In this document: piece after piece, positions 1 through 15,054 of the stretch
How positions within the stretch are numbered: the first letter of the stretch is position 1
Layout: each line of letters starts with the position of its first letter
Position numbers and translations under genes: made by a program
The notes under the pieces: model-generated
What the model was told of the DNA's origin: nothing
Databases searched by the model: none
Seen by the model: the letters and a program-made list of their open reading frames with translations, nothing else
NCBI GenBank assembly: GCA_012295275.1
Contig: CM022670.1
Span: 21,328,001 to 21,392,000 of the forward strand
Direction: 5' to 3'
From: Chrysomallon squamiferum
Lineage: Eukaryota > Animalia > Mollusca
DNA length: 64,000 bases

Positions 1-10
1 TTGCCGCCAT
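1..10 (-). other. Possible start codon of a divergently oriented gene leaving the left edge (ATG GCG GCA; M-A-A)
   Basis: The minus strand reads AAAGCATGGCGGCAA with ATG at 10..8. An ETS-like CCGGAA (minus strand, about 41-46) and a CCAAT (about 136) lie in a locally GC-richer 250 bp. Only 3 codons are visible. Confidence 0.3.
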
Positions 11-323
11 GCTTTAAGAATACTTATATGGCTTGTTAGTTTCCGGTGGTCATCGACATTTCGAGTTACATTTGGTTATTTCTAATCGAGACTGACAAAC
101 CAGCCATGCGTCATTACGACCCCCCCCCCCCACCACCAATGAGCCAGAACTGTGTTGGCGGAATTACGAGACTTCTGACTGTAAGCTCAGTGGTTAGCTT
201 GACTGTGGTGAATGTATAGCAGCTTCCCTAATTACGTTATATAACAAACTTAAAAACTTAATGTTTTTTGTGGTTTTTTTTCCAAAGTCTTTTCTATGTA
301 TTTCTCAGGCATGGGGAAGATGC

Positions 324-326
<3 letters not shown>

Positions 327-377
<51 letters not shown>
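327..377. repeat. (GT)n microsatellite
   Basis: Perfect dinucleotide run; source of the CVCVCV ORFs. Confidence 0.95.
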
Positions 378-378
<1 letters not shown>

Positions 379-624
379 ATATTCACTTATTGTCAGTCTT
401 GTCAATGGAATTTTTTTTTTTTTTATCATCTCATCAAAACATTCACAAACAAATATGTGTATACATCATATTAAAGTTCTTTTAACGAAATATTTTTGAG
501 TTCTGAGTTCTCTAATCTGCACAAATCAATCATAACAAAAAATTAATTGCCCAAGCAGAATGAGAAATACTTAGAATAGACAGACAGACGGATAGACAGA
601 CAGACTGACAGAGAGACAGATAGT

Positions 625-840
625 CAGAATTACTACAAAGAAGAAATTCTAAAGAAATATTTGATTCCCTTCCTGGCAATATTCTAACAGGATAATGTTT
701 TATTTAATTGTACTACATCAGTCTAAAATAATTTCGAACATCATGATATTCAGACATCTTTTCCCCCAAATTTTAACCCTATAGAAAATGTGTGGCAAAT
801 GTTGAAAACCAAGCTGAAATCCAGAACGTTCAGGAATCGA
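625..840 (+). mobile_element. Degenerate Tc1/mariner transposase fragment
   Basis: Frame from 631 reads YYKEEILKKYLIPFLAIF*QDN...V*...FPPNFNPIENVWQMLKTKLK. This matches the Tc1 motifs FQQDNA and SPDLNPIENxW, with two in-frame stops. Confidence 0.75.
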
Positions 841-1159
841 ACATTCTGGATTCCAGTTTCTTAGACCTCAACATCAAAAATAACAGCAATAGCTATGATG
901 AGGATAATAATAAGAAGAAGGTAACCAAAACAAAACAAAACAAAATTTGTTGTAATAGAATCATTAGGCGCAGTTCAATAAGATAAATGTTGCCATAACA
1001 ACGCTAAATTAAATGTTACCGGTCATATTATCACTACGGAAAAAAAAAAAGCTGGCTTACATTTTATTTACATCAAAATGGAATCGATATTCCAAATAAT
1101 ATCATGCACAGACTCCGCGAATGGATAATTTAAATATTCTTTATATCTAGACATTTTAT

Positions 1160-2205
1160 CCAAATTTTTATTCTTGTCTGTTCTTTTCCCTTTATTGTTT
1201 ATTTGTTTGTTTGTTTGCTTGCTTGCTTATTTATTTATTTAAAATTATAAATATAAACGTATAAACTTTTACATATACACACACAGATGAATATATATAT
1301 ACCTGCATATACATAGATATACATATACATACAAACACACAAACATGTAAGCATACCTTCATAATACATACATACATACTAACATACATACTACATACAT
1401 ACATATATTTACATACAAAACTTCATACAAAAATACATATACACATATATTCATATATAATACACAGTAATAATATACTCACACACACAAAATAAATATA
1501 TATACATGTATACATATAAAAACATACACACAAAGAAACAACAAACAACAAACAATATGTATATAGATACTTACAAGCCTACAGTTCAAAACTTATATCT
1601 TTCAGTTCTGTATCTGTTCTTAAGGTCGCAGTAAATCGAAAGTAACTTCCAAGTCTCCACAAAATATGTTCCTCTGTCTTGAACAGACTTAAATACAATC
1701 CCAACCAAAAAATATATTCTAGTATTAAAGCAAAATAAAATCATCGTCAGGATAACAAGATTCATTTTGTTGCTATGCCAATACACGGAGAAAAGTAGTA
1801 TCGCTATAGAAACAGCATATAAATATCGTTTTACCCCATGCATATCAGAAGTTGTTGCTATTGCTATAAAATTTTAAAATATTGTTACGTACTCTTTTCG
1901 ATTGTGAAGGTATTTTCCATCGTTGTATTAGCAGAAATTTTCTTAGATAATATTAAATGAAGAAAATAATAAAAATTAATGTTTATAATGATTATAAAAA
2001 TTACTTATAAATAATAATGACGAGAAGAGTGTCTTAACTGTTTAAGTAAGTATTAGGGGTTAGGAGGAACGTGCAGTCGTCATGGTATCCACAAATCTTA
2101 AATTTGAGTTTTCCCTCTGTCCCCAAAATAAACATCAGTAGTGTGAGTCACTCCATCAAAGCCACGCATTATTTAATTAATTAATTAATTTATTAATTAA
2201 TTAAT

Positions 2206-2240
<35 letters not shown>

Positions 2241-2349
2241 TGTTTGTTTGTTTGTTTGTTTATACTGAGTGGACAAAACCTTCTCCTGATGTGCGATTTG
2301 AATATTATACCTTATGTATGTATGTTTATATGAGTGTGCATCTGTTTTA

Positions 2350-2386
<37 letters not shown>

Positions 2387-3752
2387 TTTTGTTTTAAATC
2401 AAGTGATAATTTGTAATACCAGGATATATAACACCTAATTTTGGTAATTATAATATAAATACTCTATGTTTTACATTTAGAAATTTTGGAATTTTTTTTC
2501 ATATCATAATTTCTGTACGTCTGTAGTACAGCACAAATCAATAGCATATACTAGATGTAGAACAATACTTCTGATAAAAAATATCCCAGATATCCAGCAG
2601 CAAGACTCGATCTTATTAACAACGTTATTTTTACTTCGTCTTGTGATTTTTATTATTATTTTTCCCCCGTACGCATGTATCGAAATTTTTCTTCTTGTCT
2701 GTTTTTTTCCCTTGATTGTTTGTTTGTTTGTTTACTTGCTTATTTATTTCTTTTAAAATATACATACACACTTATAAATTTTTACATATACACATAGATG
2801 TATATATGCATACATATACCAGCATTCATATAGACAGACATATACATACAAACATATATACATACCTACATAATACATACATAGATACTTACATACATGC
2901 ATGCATACATACATACATACTAGCATACATGCATACATAGATACATACTTACATACATGCATACATACACACATACACACACACAACACACACAAACACA
3001 CATAAAACAAACATTAAAAATACATACATATATTCATATTTTATACATATAAATAATACATAAGGACACATGCAATAAGTATGTATACCTGTATACATAT
3101 AAAAATACAGACACAAAGAAACAACAAATAACACTGTATACGTATATATATTTATACTTACACTGCTAGAGTTCAAAACTTAAAACCTTTCTACGTCTGT
3201 TTTTATTGTCACAATAAATCGAAAGCAATTTTCAAGACGAGACAAAATATGTTCCTCTGTCTTGATCAGTCTCTAATACATTCCCAACCAAAAAATATAT
3301 TCTAGTATTAAAGCAAAATAAAATCATCGTCAGGATAAGATTCATTTTGTTGCCATGCCAATACACGGAGAAAAGTAGTATCGCTATAGAAACAGCATAT
3401 AAATATCGTTTTACATATCAGATGTTGTTGATGTGGCTATAAAATTTTAAAATATGATTGCATATTCTTTTCGAATGTGAAGGTATTTTCCGTCGTTATA
3501 TTAGCAGAAATTTTCTTAGATAATATTAAATAAAGAAAAATAATAAAAATGTATTGTTTATAATAATTATAAAAATTACTTATAATAATAATGACGAGAA
3601 GAATGTTTTAACTGTTTAAGTAAGTATTAGGGATTAGGAGGAACGTGCAATCGTCATGGTATCCACAAATCTTAAATTTGAGTTTTCCCTCTGTCCCCAA
3701 AAATAAACATCAGTACTGTGAGTTACTCCATCAAAGCCACGCATTATTTAAT

Positions 3753-3803
<51 letters not shown>

Positions 3804-3860
3804 TGTTTGTCTGTTTGTTTGTTTATACTGAGTGGACAAAATATTTTCCTGATGTGTGAT
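1160..3860. repeat. Diverged direct duplication, about 1160-2297 vs about 2680-3860
   Basis: Long shared blocks, e.g. cccaaccaaaaaatatattctagtattaaagcaaaataaaatcatcgtcaggataa (about 1700 and 3283) and tatactgagtggacaaaa (about 2261 and 3824). Confidence 0.9.
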
Positions 3861-4834
3861 CAACTTTTTCGGATCAGCCTTTAGAAATATTTCCTTTTCC
3901 AGATAGTACTTACTGTACGATTTGTGTATCAGAAGTCATGATATGTGCTATATATGATATATAATATATAATTAATTTTCTTTGCTGTTAATTTAGAAAA
4001 TGGCAATTTTATATCAGTGTGTGTCTTCTGTCTAGAATTATATCATAATATGATTAAATAGGAATGTCGTAACACAATAGCAAACTGCTGCCCTGACGTG
4101 TTTTTGTTGTTGTTGTTGTTGTTTTTTATATGAAAATTTCGGTAGCAGGATGCAGGATGGGTGGGACATAGCCCCATTAGTGCTAATCGTATTTTCATTT
4201 AGCTCTATGTGTGTGTGTGTGTGTTATTTACGTCTGTATATGTATGTTTACGTGTTTTAGTGTGTTAGCATAACTCTAGTTGTGTGTGTATGCTTGTATG
4301 TGTATTTTAGGATTTCAATATTATCTGTTTTATGCCCGTCTGATTAGACTGTGCACATAGACAATACACGGGACGATAAAAGTTCAATCGCGACCTCACA
4401 AACACCTTCAGAATCTGCTGACGAGACTCAGAACGTTTGAATGTTGTATGTATGTATGTGTTTTGAAAGTGATTTGTTTATGTACGTATGCACGTGTGGA
4501 TATGTTTGTTTACATGTGCATTTGTGTGTATATGTATGTTTGTATGTGTTTGCATATGCATGTATTTATGTATGTATGCCTGTGGGTATTTCTCTGGGTG
4601 TGTGCGTATATGCGTATATGTCTACGTGTATATATGCATGTATTAGTGTAGTTAAACGATGACAGAACAAAAAAAAAAAAAAAAAAAAGAAGCAGAAAGA
4701 GTGAAAATAAGGGTACATAAATGAAAAAAAAAAAGTAAACACTTCTGATTCACAAACTGAAAAGACGCTAACCTACAAGTTATTATCTCGTATTTTTATA
4801 AAGGTGCGCCCCATGTTTTCATAGACATTAAGCA

Positions 4835-5004
4835 TTTTTCTTTTCTTTTCTTTTCTTTCTTATATTTCTTTTTTTTTTTTTTTTTTCTTTTTTTTTTTTT
4901 CTTTTTTTTTTTTTCTTTTTTTTTTTTTTCTTTTCTTTTTTTTTTCTTTTCTTTTCTTTTCTTTCTTTTTTTTTTTCTTTTTTCTTTTTTTTTTTTTCTC
5001 CTTT
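4835..5004. repeat. Polypyrimidine (T-rich) low-complexity tract
   Basis: About 170 bp of T/C; source of the poly-K ORF on the minus strand. Confidence 0.9.
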
Positions 5005-5868
5005 CACAGGTGCGTCCTCAGTTTTCCTGTTCATTCTGATCATTGATCCGATAAGTTTTTTTACCTATTAGAAATAAAAGTAACCAAAAACCGGGCCGAT
5101 AAAGTCATAAAAAATAATAATTTTCTACTCACTCGACTGGTTTTGGGGCAGTTTTTTTTTTTTTTTCCCCTGTAAAAGATGCAAATGATGAAAATGAGTC
5201 GAGGTCACGTACCGGTAAAAAAATATATATACATACATATTATAGAAAAATCAACACGAAATGGAGTTGTATTTGAAAACCTAATAGTATATCTCTATTG
5301 CTGAATTCGTTTTGTTCTTTTATAATGCTTTTGTTTTTGGTTTTGTTTTGAGTTTGTCAACCAAACGCTTCTTTGCTGAATCATTTTGAACCAGCGACAG
5401 TCACTTTGTAACAAAACAAAATTAAGATATTTTTTAAAATGAAGAGATAATTTGTAACACCAGGATATGTGTAACACCTAAATTTGGTAATTATAATATT
5501 AAAAACTAGCATATAATAGAGGTAGAACAGTACTTCTGATCAGTTCCACATACCGTACAATATTTAACAGCAGATGCATTATACGTACCAGAGCAATTAA
5601 CTTGTTCTGAAGAAATGAAATGGGTTGGGTTAGCTTGGATATAATGATTCACAACCTTATTACCCAAGAAGATCCAGTCGGTCGGTCATGCTTCAGTGAT
5701 TTTGTATCAGTTTGTCAGAAGTGTATTTAGGTGTAGTCATGTACCATGTGTGTACGTATGTTGTTTACAAGTTCATGGGGGATATGCAGCAGTAGCCGAC
5801 AAATGTTTTGAAAATAAAAGAAGAGGAAGAAAGAAAGAAAAGAAAATGGAAGAAAAATGATCGCAGTC

Positions 5869-5872
<4 letters not shown>

Positions 5873-5960
<88 letters not shown>
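5873..5960. repeat. (GA)n microsatellite
   Basis: Perfect run. Similar (CT/GA)n runs lie at about 7236-7327, 7663-7752, 13961-14043, 17842-17905, 52886-52956 and 56405-56482. Confidence 0.95.
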
Positions 5961-5963
<3 letters not shown>

Positions 5964-6298
5964 TTTCTATTAATGAAATGACACCTCGCAGAAGATTGAT
6001 CCCTCGACCCTTGACAACATTAAAACAGTTATGTGAAAAATACAGGCAGACGACAAAACAAACATACGTAACAAACATTGCTCGCTAACTGCTATGTACA
6101 CAAGGTCTGTTTGTTTATTTGTTGACACATTTTTGATTGTTTACATTTGCATGCACCTGTGAAAACTGAGAAGGGTTTAAATCTATGTTACGAAAACACA
6201 TTGCGACTGCGCTACACCGGTCACACCTTTAAATAATGCTCGTCATTTTTTACCTGTTCGCCCGGTCTTCGCTCAGAATAAATATTTAAATATTGCAT

Positions 6299-6364
6299 GG
6301 TCACGTGATTTAGGTCGCAGCGAGCTTGCATATATATATGTGTGTGTGTGTTTGTGTATAAATA
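6299..6364 (+). promoter_or_regulatory. Candidate SLC6-A core promoter: GGTCACGTGA E-box/CLEAR-like site and TATAAATA
   Basis: GGTCACGTGA at 6299-6308 and TATAAATA at 6357-6364, about 110 bp upstream of a Kozak-like ACCATGG at 6471-6477. Confidence 0.45.
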
Positions 6365-6473
6365 CATGAGGCCTGAAATGTATAGTGACTTGTAGAATAA
6401 ATGGGATGTACGTTTCGATAGAGTAAAATTGTGGTCTTAGAAATACACGCACCTAGCTGGTAGAAAAGAAACC

Positions 6474-6488
6474 ATGGGAGAAGTTCAA
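6474..6488 (+). CDS. Putative first coding exon of SLC6-A (MGEVQ)
   Basis: ACCATGG context followed by a consensus donor CAA|GTAAGT. Phase 0 joins in frame to the exon at 20614. The N-terminus then has the same length to ERGNW as paralog SLC6-B. Confidence 0.55.
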
Positions 6489-6838
6489 GTAAGTTATTTA
6501 CTGTTATTTTGTCTGTTTAGTTTGCGTTTTATTTATTTATTTTATATGTTGTTGTTATAATTATTATTATTATTATTATTATTATATTTTTTAATGTGAT
6601 TCCGTTTTTCTTTTTTTCTAACGCGTTTTTTTTTAATTCCTTCTTTTTCTTTTTCTCCCTTTCTGATTTGTATTTAATTTTTCTTTTATTTCGCTGTGGT
6701 TTTATTTTTTGTTTGTTTCTTTATTTTTTACTTTTTTCCCATTAAATATAAATGTGAAAGATATTTAATAACTAACTGAATTGATATTGAATTGGCTCCT
6801 TGCCTTTTTCTTCAAAATTATTATTATTATCATTATTA

Positions 6839-6894
<56 letters not shown>

Positions 6895-7233
6895 ATCGCT
6901 CAGTGGTATCCGTATGGTACAAACTTGCTGATAGTTTTTGACATATTCACATTCCAAAAAAAACAAAACCTAGTTAATTTCTGAACAGAAACCGCTCCAA
7001 TATATCACTGTTAAATACGCCTGGAGAACGATCTATTCATTTTGTCAAGAAAGCAATGTCATGTATGTCATTATGTCATTCAAATTTGTCACGCGTTTAA
7101 TATACAGCGCAACAAAAGGAACGAAAATAATGTAGTTAATTTTAGTACACTGTTTTTGTATTCTTCACTTAGATTACAATACAACAATAATAAAATTATT
7201 TCTCTTTGTTTTTATATCCGTTTCTGTATCATT

Positions 7234-7330
<97 letters not shown>

Positions 7331-7659
7331 ATGTTAACTTAATACCTATACAGATTTAATCTTGTTGTCACACAGGTCAAGGAAATGTCTGACGTCATCA
7401 CAATTAATTTATGATTTCTTCCCTTGATTTATGTTTACTAAAGGAACTTATGCCACATCCTGGATAGTACTGTTCGACTCACTTGCAACGAACACACAAC
7501 AAAGTATAACACAAAATGTAATCCGATGATTTCATTATTTTCAGCTTTGCTTTCTTGCAGGAAATTCAGAAAAGTTGTAAAGAAAATACATTAGCCTATA
7601 CATACACCTGTAGAAAGACAAACATTGTCTGTAATTATAAAATAAGTGGTTCTTGTGAA

Positions 7660-7756
<97 letters not shown>

Positions 7757-8640
7757 ATTTATGAAATGTGCTTTTATAGGCGTGTTTGTGTATGTATCTG
7801 CATCTGGTTATCTACATACTTATTTTATAAATAAATTCATTTTGTCTTGAAAAATCCAAACAGGTTTTAAATTCACACATCAAGCAATTCCTTTCTGTTA
7901 AAAAATTATACGAAAACTATAAAATAACGAAACAAAGAAGAAAAGAAAAACACAAAATTATCCGAACTGTCGGACCAGACAAATCATGATTTCACAGTAA
8001 CTAAATAAAATTCTGCTTTCAGAAACATTTTCAGTAATAAATTTAAGAGCTCATTTCCTCTCCTTGCATTTCATTTATGGCTTATATGTTAGCCTTGGTG
8101 TATTTCATCGCAAAGCGTTCGCTATTTAGGGCTGAACGAAAACAGGTCAGTTAACCCTAGAGTGTTTGCTTTTCGAGCAAATAAATAGATACTGCGTACA
8201 CAACTCTAGTATTATTAACAATCATGTAACAGACTTTTCAAAGGAGTTTTTCAGAAGCCTGTAGGAAAATGAATTCCCTTTTTTAGAAGTGCGTCTATAA
8301 AAATAACGTAAATACGTTTGAAGACGTTTTGTTCGTCATGCTGAAGGAATATCTATGGAAAACGAAAATGAAGAAAGTTTGAAATACTCAGCACTTTTTA
8401 GTCATGTATTGATATCTCTTTTCAAATTTTTATAGCATTATTTTAATTTTAATTTGATTGTGTGTATGTGTGTATATACACATATACAAATATACAATTG
8501 TTTTGTTTTATTTCTATATTTATTTGTTTTTTAATATCTAAATATACCTCTTTCTGCCATTATTATTACGGTTGCTGCTGCTGCTACTGCTACTACAACT
8601 ACTACTATTACTACTACTATTACTAATTACAACAGCAGTA

Positions 8641-8692
<52 letters not shown>

Positions 8693-9324
8693 TTCACGCA
8701 TATATGCTGCAGTTCTGCGGGATTCATTTAATTTGCATATCACTTGTCTATATTCGTCCTTGAACTGCGATTATTCACTTAATAACACAAAGAACACTTT
8801 TACAAGTTTAGAAAATGTGTTTCTAAAAGACGTGCCATTTCGTTGTTTTCGGATTATAGATATATTAAGAAAACTGACACATTCTCAATGGCAGACGCCG
8901 CCATACACGGACAGTGATACTTGCGTATGCAAATAGGTACCAACGGTATTCACGTGTGTGTATACGTGTGTTTGTGTGTGTTGCAATGTGTGGAATACAA
9001 GTCAGGTGTTTGCCTAGCAACCATTGTACAAAAACTGTTTATATCCATTAGTCACTTCACAAAAAAAAGAAAAAAAAAAAAAAAAAAAAGTTATGAAGAT
9101 ATGTCCGGGAACAAAATGATTTAAATACACTGTTTAAATAAAAACGTAAAGTTAAATTTAAACAATGTGATTAAACTTAAACCGTAACTAGAGTGTTTCG
9201 ATTTTTTTATTTGTTTTTAAAGTGCTCTTGGTGTATTGCTAAACCTAAATCATTCTTATAAAATGATTTTAATATGACAATTTTAATTCCGGACACCAAA
9301 TTAAATAACAGCAACAACAACAGC

Positions 9325-9374
<50 letters not shown>

Positions 9375-12300
9375 GGTTCGATATAGAAAGAAAATACATT
9401 TTTGTGACGTCATTTCGTACAAAAAATATGTCTAATAAAGGTTGTAAATAATTGTTGTTATTACATGTCAAGTTTTGAAGTTTATTTATTAACTGTTTCA
9501 GTTCTGACATTCATTAAATCAGTATTTGTTTAAAAAGGAAAAAATAAAATATTCAGCTGTTTATTTCATCCTTTCAACTATTTCGTGTTCGACTCAGAAC
9601 ACGTGAAATATCCAAGGCAATGACGTATCCTTTGCTTCCTATGGAGAGATACATATTAAGCATTGCTGGTACTTAATGAAAACACTATCCCATTACGTTG
9701 GTTTCCTTTTTTTTTCACTACTATCAAGCTTACAGGCCAACATTCACGTGGGTTGAGGATTCTGTGTTTAAGGATTCAAGTATTTTAAATGGGAGGACCC
9801 GATGACAAATAACAAATTGTTTTGCACCCACAATAATTCATAAATATGTACGCATTTTCTATTTACTCCCACGTATTTTGGTATTTACGCATTCAAAAAG
9901 CATAATTACAGTCTAAAAATAACCTGAGTAAGATGTTTAATGAAACCAGCAAAACTGAAAAACCTGTTTGTAAACTGTTTCAATTTTCTTTATGGATAAT
10001 ATTTCGAATGTTTCCATCAGATAACAATTCGCTCACGTCCGTCGATATAATTATAATTTTTGTTTGTTTGTTCTGACATCAGTCAGCTGTTTTAAATTGT
10101 TCCTTGCTTCCATTAGAAAATTGTTCAGATATGCGTACTAACTTTAAAATGGCCGACTTCCACAGAAAACGTAAGCACGTCTCTCTAACTTAATGTTAGT
10201 GTTAGTATGTTAGAACTGAGTTTCTTATACTGTTCGAACGTGCGTAAACTGGGCGATAAAAAAAGTGTTGACCCCTACAGTCATAAAAAATTCACACTGA
10301 GTTTCAGGCAAGGGACTGTTGAATATTTATGTCTTTTCCATTTATTTTTATCAAATTTGATGGATAATTTCTCCGAAAGACAGCCACAAAATACACACAA
10401 CAAATGTGGGAATGGAATTTGGAATTTCACGAATCCAAGTGTAAATGTTTTTTTTCTCAAAATTCAGCCTGAGAAAACTTTATCTTACAAACTTATTCGT
10501 AGAAATGATCTTGCTATCTGCCTGGCTTGAAATTAAGGTTTTGCATAACCAATGGTTGTTTCACCCCGGTTTTTTTTTTTTTTTTTTCTTCTTTTTTCCA
10601 TTCTTGTTATTTCAAAGCCGAGCGGGATCTGAACCACACGCCATTTTTAGCTACATACGACATAACCGCATTAACTGGGTCACCTGTTCTGTATAAATAT
10701 AATTACCCAGCGTCTAGGCGAGCTGCAGGCAAGAGGTCAGTCTTTTCAACGTTAACAGTTTGAGTTTTACTTAATTGGTGAACGAAATGACCTTTTTAAT
10801 GGCTTGGGATTCTTTTCTTCTTTTCTTCTTTTTTTTTCTTTTTTTTTTTTTTCTTTTGTTTAATTTTATGTTAACAGGAAAATGTTAAATAATGATCGTT
10901 AACTTCATCAAATAGCAGTGAAGACTAAAAAAATGTAAATGACCCTCTTCTGTTTGTTTGACTGAAATGGTTTTAACAAAGAATTAGTCACTGGGGCTAA
11001 ATGTTATTTCAGCTTTGACGCAGACAAAACACAACGTGTCAGTAGTTAAGTAGCTGTGAACAATAGTATTACTGCACAGGTGAGACTGAGGTATGAACAG
11101 ACAGAGAAACAGACATGCAGACACGCAAACACGCAAACAGAGAGATATATTTTATTCATATGAGTTTATATGAGTTATTTATAGTAATTATGTTGCATAG
11201 ATATTTACATATATTAAACTCAAACACAAATCTTAATAAGTCTGCATCCATCCATCATACATACATACATACATACATACATACATACATACATACATAC
11301 ATACATACATACATACATACATACATACATACACACATATACACATATCCTAAATTCTTCCGACGGAGACAAAATAAGGTCATGTAACCGACATTTTATA
11401 TTATTTATGCTAAGATACATAAAAAAATGAACTATGAAATGTTTAACTGCCACTTAAAACGACAGTTTCAGTTTCTATCTGAAATCCAGATTAATACAGA
11501 GAACTGTCTAGCTCAAAATATTATATCTCAAAGATACACACTCCTGTGTATATGATGTTGACACGATTATAATAAAATAAGGTTAATGAAAGGTTAAGAA
11601 CATCCTAGTATTAAGTGTGTCTACCAAATAGGATATAGCGACAGATCAGTTGTTTGATAGTTTGCGCATTTGTTATATTTCTAGATGTGTGCGTATGTGC
11701 GTATAGTGTTTGTGTGTAACTGATGAATGAATGTTTGTATGGTATATGCACGTGTATGTACAATAATTCGTGTATGAATGTTTGTATGTTTGTATGTTTA
11801 TATATATATATATATATGCGTATGTATGTTAACTCCTGTATGAATGTTTGCATGGTATATGTATGTGTTTGACTGTGTGTGAATATTAATATAAAATTAA
11901 TATATATATCTCTATAACTGCACAGTACGCGGACTGACGGATTTAATCAAAGCTATTCAAGTCAAGACGTCAACCGCTGCACATTGATAATAGACTGAAA
12001 CCCTTTAATTTTCACTTTGAAAGAGAACCGGTCTGTCAGCCTCGTCTTTACAGTCAAAAATCGCGTTTTACACAAAGAGATCTCTCACCATATTTATATT
12101 TATTTATCACGTGGCTTGGCTTTTGAGATTCATTGCATTGTATTGCGTCAATTTAATGTTTGGTGTGCAGAAGGCGTCGACAGGTTTACTACGTTTAGTT
12201 AAGTTTGCGGTGACTGATAATTATGTTTCGTAAGATCATTACCACTCTAAAGCATGTTCTGTGGCTGTCTTCGTGAATATTCATTATCAGGCAGTGCGTT

Positions 12301-12868
12301 CAATGTCATAAACAGCTGTGACGTAATGAATATTAAACTTTTAACCTGTTTTACATGTAAATGTTTCGTAACTTTACAGATAAAATTGATTATATTTTTC
12401 TTTCTTTTCCTTTTCCTTTTTTTTTTTCTTCTTCTTCTTTTAAAGTTAAAAGATATATGAATTAGGCTTAAAGGTAAAATTAAAAAAAAAAAATTAAAAA
12501 TATAAAATATCTTAGCTTTTGCTTGCCTGTGTTCAATATTAGAATGTTATAGTAATCTATTACCACTCCTTTTTTATTTCATTGGTGTAGTGTAAACGAC
12601 ATTTTGATTTATCATCCCTTGAAAAATAATCAGCAGTCAACAAATAGTGGGGAAATAATAATTTATTTCGTTTAATTTTCAAATAGACTGCCGAATACAT
12701 TATTTATTTTATTCTCATGGGTTTGAAACCTAATAACCCCTAGCTCTTTATAAATTCTGTCATAGTCTCTTGATTAAAAATATATGTAAGTAATACGTGC
12801 TGATAATAGTCAGTTGTTTCATTATAATTATTTTGTCTCCGCTTCTTTTATTTTCTTTTAAATATTTT

Positions 12869-12906
<38 letters not shown>

Positions 12907-13941
12907 CAAATTATAAAACGCAAATACAAATAGTGGAAATGTGCTGCACAGTATCAGAATAGAGTAATCTCCCATATAAACGCTCTCTCAAATTGGCGAT
13001 GATTTAATACGGAATAAAGCCCTTCTCTGTTAGTTTATGCGTGGTGTGTGTGAGCGTGTGCGTGTGCGTGAGTCTGGGTCATAGGTCGTTCAGTGAACCT
13101 GTGAAGGCTGCTCCATCAACTGACGTATTTCGCGGTTCTTTTAGCGACCTTTCCTCGACTTTCGTGCTGAGCTGTCCTTGTTAGACATCTCGGACATGGT
13201 TCAGTGGCGCGTGATGGCCAGAATACTCTTTGTTCCTTGTCAAGCAGGCGTTATTTATTGTTAAGGAATTTCAGGCGTGACGTGAAGGTGAAATTCGTTA
13301 TTTTCACTTAGTCTGAGGTCCGATTTCTAAAAAAAAAAAAAAAAAATTCTCCAAAAGTTACGTTTCTCTCAAGATTTTTCTCATTTGTAAAGAAATTCCT
13401 ATAACACATCAATGCACCGGGAAGCTTATTTTCAATAAAGGGAAGAGATTAAATATTTTATGCTTGACTGGAATATTTTTTTTTTTTTACTAAATCTAAC
13501 CAGTTATATATGAATATAAGTATTCAGCCAGCATCCCTGCACCACCGTGCTTTCTACACAGCCTACCATCCTGCCATTAGTCCATACAACAACATTGATG
13601 TTTCAGCTACACTTGATTTGAAGTGGAAGGAATTAACACTTGTCTCGGTCTGTTTGAAACCAAATGAATGGTGTACGTTTTCATTCGCAGTTACATGTAA
13701 AATACTAGTAACATGCTGTTTCGTTTTTACCTATAAAACACGACTTTTTTACCATGTTAATACTGTACACATATTTTAATTATGCGACCTTTCCTACTTA
13801 ATAATATATCCAGTCAATATTGCTGATGTTACTAAAAAAAATTCGTAATGTTAACATTAAATAACATTTTCAGTTAATATCTTCAAATTACACTTATATT
13901 ATATTATTTTTTTTAATCAGTAACACTAATATTAATTAATA

Positions 13942-14044
<103 letters not shown>

Positions 14045-14374
14045 ATGATAATTCAATATGCAAGTCTGATTCACTGTTACCTGCAGACAACATGTAAACA
14101 GTGTGTAATGTATGTACATTGTAATGAGATGCTCAAAGATGGTTGGTGGTCGGGCAAACATATCGTGTTCTTTAATACAAACATCCCTTGCTAGGACACG
14201 ACCAGACTTTCTGTGTTCACGAATTAACATATACGTTTAAAGTCGATACTAAATACATACACCGCAAACAAACACAGATACATAACATGTGTATATTGCA
14301 TGCACGCAGATTTAAAGCATGTATGAATACATACATAGTAAACACAGATATACACATTTACAGCATGTAAATAC

Positions 14375-14760
14375 AAGATTTATGTAGCTTTTAGATTTTC
14401 AGATGAAAACAGAAGAATAAATTCACAAAAGCTATCAGCCCGAACAATAACATATATCTGTCAGGCTTTTACGGTACAGTAACTTACAGATTAGACAAAA
14501 CAAAAAAACACACACCCCCTGGAGAGTTGTTCTTACTTGTGATAAGTTAAAAAAAAAAAAAAAAAGAAAAGAAAGAAAATATAAGATTTATGTAACTTCT
14601 AGATTTACAGATGAAAATAGAAAAAAGAAATTCACAAAAGCTACCAGCTCGAACGGTAACCTATATCTATCGGGTTTTAACGTCACGATAACGTAACAGG
14701 TTAGAAGCAAAAACAAACAAAAACAAAATAAAATTTGAGAGTCGTACTTCCTTGTTATAA
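14375..14760. repeat. About 200 bp diverged tandem duplication in SLC6-A intron 1
   Basis: aagatttatgta...agat..acagatgaaaa..agaa...aaattcacaaaagcta.cagc.cgaac occurs at about 14375 and again at about 14583. Confidence 0.8.
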
Positions 14761-15010
14761 ATATCGACTGAAGTAGCTACTGACGGGTTTATTATCGAAA
14801 TCAAGTATCTTAAATTACCAGAAAAAAAATAAAATAATAACCAATGCTATGTTTGAAATTTACAGTACTGTGGAGAGTAGTTTTCCCTATGACTTGGTAT
14901 GTTTCTAGTTACATATACTGTTTACATAAATTTTTAAAAATACGATAAAAAATTGAGTTTTTCTAATATATATTCGTACATGAGTAAATGCACATCCAAA
15001 AAAAAATGTA

Positions 15011-15054
<44 letters not shown>

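Noticed and set aside
11464-11475. ISRE-like AGTTTCAGTTTC in SLC6-A intron 1 (also GAAACTGAAA at 31539 and 46162)
   Set aside because: These sites are isolated and not near a supported start, and such motifs arise by chance in AT-rich DNA. They are kept only as a caveat for the promoter finding.
12970-13290. GC-richer segment resembling an alternative first exon of SLC6-A (possible donor AAG|GTGAAA at 13287)
   Set aside because: Its ATGs hit a stop before the donor and the donor is weak; unsupported without transcripts.
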